From: a bacterium
GTDB taxonomy: Bacteria > Verrucomicrobiota > Kiritimatiellia > SPBP01
Reading direction: 5' to 3'
DNA length: 64,000 nucleotides
Assembly (NCBI GenBank): GCA_037135275.1
Contig: JBAXKQ010000001.1
Coordinates: 1,172 to 65,171, forward strand
The position numbers were made by a program, and so were the translations under genes. Shown here piece by piece: positions 47,106 through 55,737 of the stretch. The first letter of the stretch is position 1, and every line of letters starts with the position of its first letter. The notes below the pieces were generated by a model, which did not search any database, had not been told where the DNA came from, and saw only the letters and a list, made by a program, of their open reading frames with translations.

Positions 47106-49063
47106 AACGCCCCGTGAAAGCCGTCCTGCTCGCCGCAGGCCTGGGTATGCGCATGCGGCCGCTGACAGATAACCTTCCAAAGGCGATGCTGCCGCTTTGG
47201 GGCAAGCCGCTCGTTGGCCACGTGATAGACCTCGTGAGGAGCTGGGGGGTGCGCGAGATCCTCGTCAATGCCCACCACTCCCCCGCGCCGCTGATTCAAT
47301 ACCTCATGAGACGGCCGAAGGATGGAATAATGATCAACATATCCTTCGAGCCCGACCTGCTGGGCACAGGCGGCGCGCTCAAACATGCCGCCTGGTTTGC
47401 CGGTGACGCCCCTTTCTGGATCGTAAACACAGACATAGCGGTTGACGTCTCCCCGCTCCCGCTCCTTGCGGAGTTCCACAAGCACCCGGCCATTGCCGCT
47501 CTCTGGCTGGATGCCCAGGCGGGCCCGCGGACTGTCGAAATGCACGACCACCAAGTCGGTTGTTTCAGCAGCGCCCGCCCGGGCACCACCGGCACATACA
47601 CCTTCTGCGGGCTTCAGCTGGTGTCTCCCGCCCTGCTCCGGTACATGCCTGACGGCAGGTGTTTCTCGCTGGTGGAGATCTACGAGAGAGCGCTGGCCGC
47701 GGGCGAGGAGATCCGCGGGCTGACCGTCCCGGACTCCTACTGGGCGGATCTCGGAACACCTCCGGCGTATCGCGAGGCACATCGCGAGGTGTTCCGGCGC
47801 AACAGGGCGGGGCTGCCGGGCGGCCGCCTCCTCAACCGTTCGGGAATACGAACCACGGCGTCTCTCCGGCGCTCTGGCATCACCGTGAGCGGGTACGCCT
47901 CGGTCGGCGCTGGAGCTTCTGTCGGGACTGGCGCCACGATTGTCGAATCAGTCGTATGGGACGGGGCACAGGTCAAACCCGGCTGCAGGCTTGCCAACTC
48001 GATCGCCGCTGGAGGCGCTGTCGTATCGGGAGACGTAGAGGGCGTTGCAGCACCGTTCCGGCCCGGCAGCGGATCATCACCACTCACCGTCCGGGCGCTT
48101 AGCGCCATCGGATGGAAAACCGCCCGGACAACTGCAATCAGCCTGGGCGCCAGGGGGTCGGACAGGTCGTTCACACGCCTCTCGGCGGCCGGCCGGAACG
48201 CAATCATGATCAGGTACGGAACCAGCCGGCCCGAGAATGGACGGTATGCGTCACACGCCCTGTTCCTCAAAGCCGGGGGCGTGCCTGTGCCCGCGGTGCA
48301 GGCCGATATACCCGAAGACCGGACGGTCATCATGGAGTATGTCACAGGGCCGTCGCTGGAGCAGCTGGCGGAATCGCTGTCGTCATCGGCCCTGGAGAAG
48401 AGATACCGGCACGTTCTCGATGCCGTGCTGCTTATGCACGGCATCCCGCAAAAGTTGATCAAGCGAAGAGGGATGAATCTGGAGCCGCAGTTCTCAGCTG
48501 CCGTCTATTCTTGGGAGCGGGATCTCGTGGCCAGGCATTTCCTGCGAGGCTGGCTGAATCTGGAAGAACCTGTCGTGGCAAGTGTCGTGCGGGAGCTGGA
48601 GTCGGTTGCCGACAGACTCGCTGCGGCCCCGCTGGTTCTCGTGCACCGGGACCTGCAGTCCAGCAACATCATCTGGTCACGAAACCGGCCGGTCTTAATT
48701 GACTTCCAGGGAATGCGCCTGGGCCCCGCCGTCTACGACCTGGCCTCGCTGCTGTGCGATCCATATGTGCAGCTTCGACCCGCCGTGCAGTTGCGCCTGC
48801 TGGAGTACTATGCAGCGCGCACAGCCCGGCCGGAACAGGTGAAGGAGCTGTTCTGGTGGGCCGCGGTCCAGCGGCTTGCCCAGGCTCTTGGCGCATTCGG
48901 CCGCCTTGGCGCAAGCCGGGACACCAGGGGCTTTGCGCGTCACATTGCTCCTGGCCTCGTCATGATGGACCGTGCGCTCTCACATGTCGAAGGGCTGGAC
49001 CGGACACGAACGCTGGTACGCCGGCTGGTGTCGACATCCGCGGCCCGGGCTGATGGAGGGTAG
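47102..49063 (+). CDS. bifunctional fusion: N-terminal sugar-1-phosphate nucleotidyltransferase (MurU-like) + left-handed β-helix + C-terminal anomeric sugar kinase (AmgK-like, APH fold)
   Basis: N-terminus KAVLLAAGLGMRMRPLTDNLPKAMLPL (NTP-transferase). Middle has hexapeptide repeats (GAGASVGTGATIVESVVWDGAQV). C-terminus has HRDLQSSNII (Brenner motif) and IDFQGM (DFG-like). A GTG start overlaps the namZ stop (GTGA). Confidence 0.65.
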   Translation: MKRPVKAVLLAAGLGMRMRPLTDNLPKAMLPLWGKPLVGHVIDLVRSWGVREILVNAHHSPAPLIQYLMRRPKDGIMINISFEPDLLGTGGALKHAAWFAGDAPFWIVNTDIAVDVSPLPLLAEFHKHPAIAALWLDAQAGPRTVEMHDHQVGCFSSARPGTTGTYTFCGLQLVSPALLRYMPDGRCFSLVEIYERALAAGEEIRGLTVPDSYWADLGTPPAYREAHREVFRRNRAGLPGGRLLNRSGIRTTASLRRSGITVSGYASVGAGASVGTGATIVESVVWDGAQVKPGCRLANSIAAGGAVVSGDVEGVAAPFRPGSGSSPLTVRALSAIGWKTARTTAISLGARGSDRSFTRLSAAGRNAIMIRYGTSRPENGRYASHALFLKAGGVPVPAVQADIPEDRTVIMEYVTGPSLEQLAESLSSSALEKRYRHVLDAVLLMHGIPQKLIKRRGMNLEPQFSAAVYSWERDLVARHFLRGWLNLEEPVVASVVRELESVADRLAAAPLVLVHRDLQSSNIIWSRNRPVLIDFQGMRLGPAVYDLASLLCDPYVQLRPAVQLRLLEYYAARTARPEQVKELFWWAAVQRLAQALGAFGRLGASRDTRGFARHIAPGLVMMDRALSHVEGLDRTRTLVRRLVSTSAARADGG

Positions 49064-49073
49064 CGACAGATCC

Positions 49074-50663
49074 ATGGCCAACACAACTGAAACAAGAATG
49101 CCGTGGGATCTGCTGACGTTCATCCTCATCGGGCTCTTCGCCATGTTCCAGGCAATCCAATGGCCCGACCTGCCGCGGTTCATGGACGTCTACTATCACC
49201 TGTCCGTTGCCAACGGCTTCTCGGCGGCAGGTGGCTATGTCTCGCACGCGTTCTGGGAGTACGCCCCTGTCGGCAGGCCGCACCTGTATCCGCCGCTGCT
49301 CCACTTTGTCATGCTTGGCCTGTCCAAGCTCGGTCTCTCGTGGATATCCGTAGGCCGACTGGTCGAATGCCTTGCCCTGCCACTGTTTCTACTGGCACTC
49401 GGAGTGACAGTGAAAAGGATCAACTCGTCCGGCGCCGCCTTCTTTTCCGTCCTGATCGCCTCGTCATTCTTTTCGCTCTACCTCGACATCGGGATATTGC
49501 TGCCTTCCACACTGGCCATCACCCTCGGGTTGCTTGCCCTGACCGCGGTTCACAGCGGCAGGACAATAGCCGGCGCCATCCTGCTTGGGCTGGCGTTTTA
49601 CTCGCACATATACATGGCTGGCATGATTTCGGTCGCAGTCGCGGCATACGGCCTGTGTTCGCCGGGCCTCAGGGCGCGGGCGTTTGCAGCAATTCTCTTC
49701 GCAGTCATCCTCGCTGCGCCGCTGTTCGGCCACATCCTCCGGTACGGGGAGTTCTTCTCGCACATCAGCGTGAAGGAATCCCGCATCCTTGAGATCCACC
49801 CACTCGTCTACCCGCTGGCTGCGGCAGGCCTGATCCTCGCGGTGCGTGGAGGAACAAACTGGAGCGCCCCGGCCGGAATGGCCCTTGCAATGCTCCCGCT
49901 CCTCTTCACGCATAACGTGCGGTTCCTGGGCGGGTACGGCATGATAGGGTTCATATGGCTGGGTGGGATCGGCCTTTACCTGGCCGGACTCCGGTTTGCC
50001 GTCTCGATACGCGCGCAAACCGCCCTCGTCGGCGCAGCCCTGCTGATCTTCTTCGGCATTGCGCCAGTCCTGCACATGGACACCACGGAAACAAAGGTCC
50101 GCGCCAGGTTTTTCGACAGTACTATTACGCACTTCTTTCTCCCTGATCACCTCCGCACCGGCAGGTCAAAGGAACATTCCATCTACGGGCTGCCCGGATT
50201 GCCCGAAGACTATGGCAGAATAGCAGCCATCGTCAGCGCCAACAGTGGAAAGAACGACATCATATGGGCTGACTCCGAATACCAGGGCGCGATAGTCGCC
50301 CTGCTGGCCGGGCGCGCGACCTCCTCCGCCACAATGCGTGAAATCCGCGCATCAAGTCAGTTTGATGCGCAGGCCCTTTCCCGCGTGTTGATCTGGTTCA
50401 AAAGGCCAGAGGAGGACATCCGGACCAGGACGCTGCCGCCAGCCACCCGTTACAACCTCCAGCTTCTCGCAGAGACCGACTCAGCGTGCGTCTTCCTCAA
50501 CCCCGCTCATTGCCCCGAAGTGATGGCGCCGGCTCCACTGCTGCGCTCAGGCTGGATCGCCTTCATCCTCCTTGTGCTCGCCGCGCTGGCCGCGCTCGAT
50601 ATTCTGCGCGGGCCGTGGGCCAGGCGAAATAATATTGGCAATGGCGAATCGCTCGTGCAATAA
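49074..50663 (+). CDS. large polytopic membrane protein (≥11 TM), possible GT-C-fold glycosyltransferase/ligase-like
   Basis: The hydrophobicity pattern gives ≥11 TM segments, with a ~150-aa C-terminal soluble domain and a final TM. I recognise no diagnostic motif. Confidence 0.4.
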   Translation: MANTTETRMPWDLLTFILIGLFAMFQAIQWPDLPRFMDVYYHLSVANGFSAAGGYVSHAFWEYAPVGRPHLYPPLLHFVMLGLSKLGLSWISVGRLVECLALPLFLLALGVTVKRINSSGAAFFSVLIASSFFSLYLDIGILLPSTLAITLGLLALTAVHSGRTIAGAILLGLAFYSHIYMAGMISVAVAAYGLCSPGLRARAFAAILFAVILAAPLFGHILRYGEFFSHISVKESRILEIHPLVYPLAAAGLILAVRGGTNWSAPAGMALAMLPLLFTHNVRFLGGYGMIGFIWLGGIGLYLAGLRFAVSIRAQTALVGAALLIFFGIAPVLHMDTTETKVRARFFDSTITHFFLPDHLRTGRSKEHSIYGLPGLPEDYGRIAAIVSANSGKNDIIWADSEYQGAIVALLAGRATSSATMREIRASSQFDAQALSRVLIWFKRPEEDIRTRTLPPATRYNLQLLAETDSACVFLNPAHCPEVMAPAPLLRSGWIAFILLVLAALAALDILRGPWARRNNIGNGESLVQ

Positions 50664-50783
50664 TGAAACAAGTAGGTAGTTTCCTGGCACCTGTCCACTG
50701 AGTTTGCAGGGCAGGATTTCTTACCGGTCCGGGGGGCGGCTGCGGCCCGGCTTTGGAAGACCACCGCCGAGAGGGAGGAGACA

Positions 50784-51965
50784 ATGAGCCCGGTAATCAG
50801 AACATCATCGGCTCCGTCAACGAATGCGGGTCCCGCAAAGACGTCCCTGATGCAGAAGGCGGTTACTGAAAAGGCCGCTGTTGCCGGCACAAAACTGTCC
50901 AGGAAGCGAGTACCTGGCGCAAAAGCCATCGTGAACAAGGAACTGCCCGCTTTTTCCAGACAGCTTTCCGCGATGCTTTCCGCCGGCATGCCCATCGTCA
51001 CGTCACTCACAGCCCTTCACGAACAAATCTCCAACCAGAACTTCAAGGTCGTTGTCGGACAGATACGACAGAGCATTGAGAATGGATCCGCTTTCTCGGA
51101 ATCGCTGAAAGCGTTTCCAAGCGTGTTCAACGATCTGTACATTAATATGATTCGCGGCGGCGAGCAGGGCGGGCAGCTTGCCGAAACTATCGGCCGTATC
51201 GCCGACTTCCTGGAAAGTGCCGCGAAACTCAGGCGCAAGGTGAAGTCGGCCATGAGCTATCCGGTGGCCGTCATGGGCATTGCCCTGGCCCTCGCCACCC
51301 TGATGATCATTTTCATTGTCCCGGTGTTCCAGGAGATGTTCGAGCAGTTCGGCGGCAAGTTACCAGGCCCTACACAGTTCCTGGTGAATGTCAGCGATGG
51401 CATACGAACATGGTGGTACATCGTATTTCCGGCGGTATTCGCCCTGTACTACGTCGTGAAGAAATGGGCTGGAACGGCCTCCGGCCAGTTTATCCTTGCC
51501 CGGTTCTACCTGAAAATGCCTGTTATCGGAGCCCTGGTGCAGAAAGTTGCCATGGCCCGTTTCGCCAGGACCTTCGCCCAGCTTATTCATAGCGGTGTCC
51601 CGATTCTGACCGCACTGGACATAACCGCAGGAGCGGCAGGTAATAAGGTTGTGGAAAAGGCCGTCCGCGACGGGTTGGAAAGTGTCGAAAAAGGAGAGCC
51701 TTTGTCGGCTTGCCTGGCCACAAAGCCATGTTTTACGCCAATCCTTGTGCACATGCTGGCTGCCGGCGAAAAGACCGGCAAGGTTGATGAAATGATGGAC
51801 AATATTGCCACATTCTACGAAGACGAAGTCGATGGCATGCTCAGTTCGTTGACGTCCTTGCTCGAACCACTCCTCATGGTCTTCCTGGGTGCAACGATCG
51901 GTGGCATCGTTATATGTATGTTCCTCCCCATCTTCAAGCTGGGCGATCTCGTCAGCAAAGGATAG
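50784..51965 (+). CDS. type IV pilus assembly / type II secretion platform protein (PilC/GspF family)
   Basis: Two T2SSF repeats. FSRQLSAMLSAGMPIV and FARTFAQLIHSGVPIL are the duplicated GspF motifs. Confidence 0.85.
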   Translation: MSPVIRTSSAPSTNAGPAKTSLMQKAVTEKAAVAGTKLSRKRVPGAKAIVNKELPAFSRQLSAMLSAGMPIVTSLTALHEQISNQNFKVVVGQIRQSIENGSAFSESLKAFPSVFNDLYINMIRGGEQGGQLAETIGRIADFLESAAKLRRKVKSAMSYPVAVMGIALALATLMIIFIVPVFQEMFEQFGGKLPGPTQFLVNVSDGIRTWWYIVFPAVFALYYVVKKWAGTASGQFILARFYLKMPVIGALVQKVAMARFARTFAQLIHSGVPILTALDITAGAAGNKVVEKAVRDGLESVEKGEPLSACLATKPCFTPILVHMLAAGEKTGKVDEMMDNIATFYEDEVDGMLSSLTSLLEPLLMVFLGATIGGIVICMFLPIFKLGDLVSKG

Positions 51966-52230
51966 CTGTTTGAGCATAGGCGAAACTGGCGCATTAGCAG
52001 TCTTCGCACTTTCGTGAAAAAACGCCCTATCACGCCATGTTTGCAGGGGTTTTGTCGCATTTGAGATGTTTTAGCTTTGATTCCAGTCGCAATCTTGATA
52101 GCCTCCTTTGTTGTTAATGACATCTGCCGGAGAATCAACCCGCAGGGTTGGCAGTCAGGCGTAGGCCTGCAATCAACCCAGACGTAGATGGCTACAGTTT
52201 GTTGTTCCCGGCCGCAGAGGGTGGCACAGC

Positions 52231-53619
52231 ATGGCGCGAATACTACTAGTCGATGACGAACCCAGCATCCTTAGTGTGCTCAACACACTTCTGACTGTTG
52301 AAGGCTACCAGGTGGTCCCCATCCAGGATGGCAACAAAGCCGTTCAGGCCATAAAGTCGGAGGAATTCGACTTGATGATCTCCGACATACGCATGACCCC
52401 GATCAGCGGAATGGAGCTGCTCAGGCTTGTGCACGATGTGCGCCCGTCGATGGCCGTAATCATGGTAACTGCGTTCGGATCCGTCGAAACCGCCGTGGAA
52501 GCACTCCGAATGGGGGCCTATGACTATGTTACGAAGCCCTTCAAGATAGATGAGCTTCTCATCACCGTCGAAAGAGCCCTCGAGTACAAGAAGACAATGT
52601 CCGAAAACGTCGATCTGAAGGCCCAGGTGGGCGCTTTGTACAAGTTCGAAAGCATAGTCGCAGAGAGCCCGACAATGAGGAATCTCTGCGAGATGCTCGA
52701 ACACGTGGCCCCCACCGATACAACCGTCCTCATTTCCGGCGAAAGCGGCAGCGGAAAGTCTCTTATTGCTCGCACGCTGCACGAACACAGCAGTCGCAAG
52801 GGCGCCAAGTTCGTGTCGGTAAATTGTGAGGCTGTTCCGATCGCCATGCTTGAGGCTGAGCTGTTTGGCTACGCCAAAGGAGCATCACAAGAGGATCCCG
52901 CCGGAAAAGAGGGCGCTTTCGAGTCAGCAACCGGTGGCACTGTCTACCTTGCCGGCATAGAGACAATGCCCCTTGGAATTCAAGAGAAGCTTGTGAGAAT
53001 GCTTCAGGAGAAGGAGATTGCGCGTGTAGGTGGCACCTCCAAGACCCGCGTGAATATACGGATTCTTGCAGGCACCAGCATCAATTTGGAGCGTCTTATC
53101 AGGGAGGGCCGGTTCAGGGAAGACCTCTACTACCGCCTGAGCGTGATTCCCATGGAAATCAAGCCCCTGCGGGACCGGAAGGAAGATATCCTTCCGCTCG
53201 TCTACCACACGATTCTAAAGGAACTCGGCGCAGGGGCCGAAATGCCTGCCCTTGAGCCCCAAGTGCGGGATATCCTGATCAACTACACTTGGCCAGGAAA
53301 CGCCCGCGAACTGGTGTCCGCCGTGAAACACGCGGTTTCCCTGGCAAAGAACAAGGTCATCGGCAAGAGTGACCTGCCCCCGGATATCGTGGCTGCTGTG
53401 AAGTCGACCGGCACCACACCAGCGGCGCCAGCCGGACCGGCCGACGAGGCCCGTGGCAGATCTCTCAAGGCCTTCCTTCGCACCAAAGAGAAGGAATATG
53501 TCGAGCAGGTGCTTGAACATACTCAGGGCGACAAGAGCAAGGCTGCAAAGGCGCTCAAGATCAGTCTTGCTACACTTTATCGTAAATTGCCTGACAAAAG
53601 CAAAGAATCAGGCCTTTAG
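52231..53619 (+). CDS. σ54-dependent response regulator (NtrC/PilR family)
   Basis: REC domain (ILLVDDEPSIL...MISDIRMTP), AAA+ σ54 activator domain (GESGSGKS, GAFESATGGTVYL, ESEL-like GAFE), and a C-terminal Fis-type HTH. Confidence 0.85.
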   Translation: MARILLVDDEPSILSVLNTLLTVEGYQVVPIQDGNKAVQAIKSEEFDLMISDIRMTPISGMELLRLVHDVRPSMAVIMVTAFGSVETAVEALRMGAYDYVTKPFKIDELLITVERALEYKKTMSENVDLKAQVGALYKFESIVAESPTMRNLCEMLEHVAPTDTTVLISGESGSGKSLIARTLHEHSSRKGAKFVSVNCEAVPIAMLEAELFGYAKGASQEDPAGKEGAFESATGGTVYLAGIETMPLGIQEKLVRMLQEKEIARVGGTSKTRVNIRILAGTSINLERLIREGRFREDLYYRLSVIPMEIKPLRDRKEDILPLVYHTILKELGAGAEMPALEPQVRDILINYTWPGNARELVSAVKHAVSLAKNKVIGKSDLPPDIVAAVKSTGTTPAAPAGPADEARGRSLKAFLRTKEKEYVEQVLEHTQGDKSKAAKALKISLATLYRKLPDKSKESGL

Positions 53620-53800
53620 TCGTCACTTTCGCAGCGACGATAAATCTCTTTCTCTTTCCTGCAATGATGAGAGGATGACAAGAACCGATCAGCTTCTGTC
53701 TGCTCGTCTTCGCACAATTGATCAGTCTTGTCTATCCCGCCGGACCGTTTCAGGCCAGACTGAGCTTGAATTTATCTCCTGAACTTCATCCTTGCATCCT

Positions 53801-53816
53801 TGGCACGGCAGCTGCT
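53801..53816 (+). promoter_or_regulatory. σ54 (RpoN) −24/−12 promoter: TGGCACGGCAGCTGCT
   Basis: It matches TGGCAC-N5-TTGC at 14/15 defined positions (GG at −24, GC at −12). It lies ~70 nt upstream of the pilin ATG and directly downstream of the σ54 activator gene. Confidence 0.6.
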
Positions 53817-53887
53817 ATAGTCTGTCTCGTTGTTAGTTGTAAGGGGCACAAGAGAGTGCTAGAGGGTAAACAGAAAGGCAGGTACGA

Positions 53888-54259
53888 ATGAGGAAGTCTG
53901 GTTTCACGTTGGTAGAGATAATGATTGTGGTGGCGATCATCGGGTTGCTCGCTGCAATCGCGGTACCGGCATTCATGAAGGCACGTAACAATGCCCGCAG
54001 GAGTGCATGCGTAAACAACCTCAGGCTGATCGAGGCGGCCAAGGACAACTACGCAATCGACTACGGCGGAACAAACGGTACGACATTGAACTGGGATAAC
54101 CTGTGCTTCTACATGAAGGACTTGACGAACAAGTGCTTCTGTCCCGCTGCGTTGTCAACAGCTCGCAGTCCGACAAACTACAACATGGGTGTAGTCGGCT
54201 CGAACGCGCTCTGCCTGATCGTGGGCGACACGGGCGGCCACACGACCACCAACAGGTAA
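53888..54259 (+). CDS. type IV pilin (prepilin-type N-terminal cleavage/methylation domain)
   Basis: MRKSGFTLVEIMIVVAIIGLLAAIAVP carries the class III signal peptide with G−1/F+1/E+5. It also has a C-terminal Cys pair (CPAALSTARSPTNYNMGVVGSNALC). Confidence 0.85.
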   Translation: MRKSGFTLVEIMIVVAIIGLLAAIAVPAFMKARNNARRSACVNNLRLIEAAKDNYAIDYGGTNGTTLNWDNLCFYMKDLTNKCFCPAALSTARSPTNYNMGVVGSNALCLIVGDTGGHTTTNR

Positions 54260-54282
54260 TCGTGGTTGGGTAAGATGGAGGA

Positions 54283-54318
54283 GGCCGGATCTGACATAGA
54301 TCCGGCCTTTTTCTTTTC
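54283..54318 (+). terminator. Rho-independent terminator downstream of the pilin gene
   Basis: A perfect 9-bp stem GGCCGGATC/GATCCGGCC with a 7-nt loop, followed by TTTTTCTTTTC. Confidence 0.7.
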
Positions 54319-54429
54319 AGTGGCATCAGCCATTTGTCCTGCTTGATGCCGTCTCGCGCCGGAGTGTGCTGGAAAGTGGCCCTGGCCGTTTTGCGGGTGG
54401 TGGATTTGCTGGTGCTGCCCGGGTTGCTG

Positions 54430-55656
54430 CTATATCTCGAGAATCCGGCTGCCGGCTGAACCTGGCTTTTCTTCAAGGTACGGGGTGGTGCGGTATTCTT
54501 CGATGGCGTTGAGCCTGTGCAGGATCTCTGAAAGAGTCTCCGCTGCCTGCAGGCACGATCCTACGATACGCGTAATAGAAGGGTCTGCCTGGCCGAGTTT
54601 CTTCTCCACAATTCCAAGGTTTGCCAGCAAAACTGTCGCAGGCTGACCAAGATGATGGCATGCGGCGCCCAGGCTCTCCAGCATGACACGCTGTCGCTCC
54701 GTTTCTCGAGTGGCCAGTTCTGCCCGCTTGCGGTCGCTGATATCCTCGAACGAGAAGACGATCCCCACTTTGCGGCCATCGGCGTCGAGATTATGGGCAG
54801 CAATAGCCTGCAGGTCAAATTCTGACCCGTCGGGTCGAACCGCCTTCGATTCACGCATCCAGGCCTGTTCCCGGCCTGCTATGAACTCCCGAAGGTCGCC
54901 GTCGCCTCCGTCCGCCTTCTTCCACAGACTGCGGACATCCTTTGACAAGACCTCCGCCTCATTCCGGCAACCCCACATTCGACAAACGGCGGGATTGATG
55001 TACTGGATCACACCGTCAAGGTCACATATGGCAATGCCGCTGTATGAATTGGCAATCGCGTTCTTTATGACCAGCAGCTTCTCCTCCGCCTCTTTCCGCA
55101 TTGTGACATCACGCACGAAGAAGCATAGGAAGTTCTGCTCGGCGAACTGTATTTCGTTCACGGCGATCTCGGCCGGGAAGAAAATTCCGTCCCTCCTGAC
55201 ACAGTAGCAGGCCTCTATCAGGATGAAACGATCGACCAGATTCTTCCTGATGGTGTCGATGAGGGAGGCATCCGAGGCCCCCGAAATGAGCTGCAGTATG
55301 TTTATCGTGCGCATCTCCTCGACGCTGTATCGGAAGAAGTTGGACGCGCGCACGTTGCCGTCTACAATGTTGCCCTCGAGGTCGGCGATGATGGCGGCAT
55401 CATAGACGCTCTGGAATAGCCCCTGGAAATCACGGTTCCCGAGCACAGAAGATATGTCAGGGGACGGCGTGCTCGACACCGCCTTCCTTCCGACGCGCCG
55501 GCCGGCGTGATGCCCTAGCCCGTGAGCGTGTGCCCCATGCGCAGACACATCCTCAGGGGCTATGTCTATCCGCATGGTGTGGGACAACCGCTCCCGCACA
55601 TCAATATCCTTCTGCATAGCAGTTCCTTGCATAATCTTCGAATAAGCCATCACCAA
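54430..55656 (-). CDS. tandem-PAS sensor protein with C-terminal DHp-like helix but no HATPase domain
   Basis: Two PAS folds, then ERQRVMLESLGAACHHLGQPATVLL resembling a HisKA H-box. The protein ends ~80 aa later with no ATP-binding G1/G2 boxes. Confidence 0.65.
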   Translation of the reverse strand: MVMAYSKIMQGTAMQKDIDVRERLSHTMRIDIAPEDVSAHGAHAHGLGHHAGRRVGRKAVSSTPSPDISSVLGNRDFQGLFQSVYDAAIIADLEGNIVDGNVRASNFFRYSVEEMRTINILQLISGASDASLIDTIRKNLVDRFILIEACYCVRRDGIFFPAEIAVNEIQFAEQNFLCFFVRDVTMRKEAEEKLLVIKNAIANSYSGIAICDLDGVIQYINPAVCRMWGCRNEAEVLSKDVRSLWKKADGGDGDLREFIAGREQAWMRESKAVRPDGSEFDLQAIAAHNLDADGRKVGIVFSFEDISDRKRAELATRETERQRVMLESLGAACHHLGQPATVLLANLGIVEKKLGQADPSITRIVGSCLQAAETLSEILHRLNAIEEYRTTPYLEEKPGSAGSRILEI

Positions 55657-55737
55657 ACGGGGATATGTACACGTGCCCCACTTCAGCTCTGAGGACTGGA
55701 ATGTTCCTGAGCATTTTCCGTGCCCAACGAGCCCAGG

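Noticed and set aside
45931-47782. Minus-strand ORFs antisense to namZ and murU/amgK (236, 152, 308 aa)
   Set aside because: Arg-rich artefacts in ~70% GC DNA.
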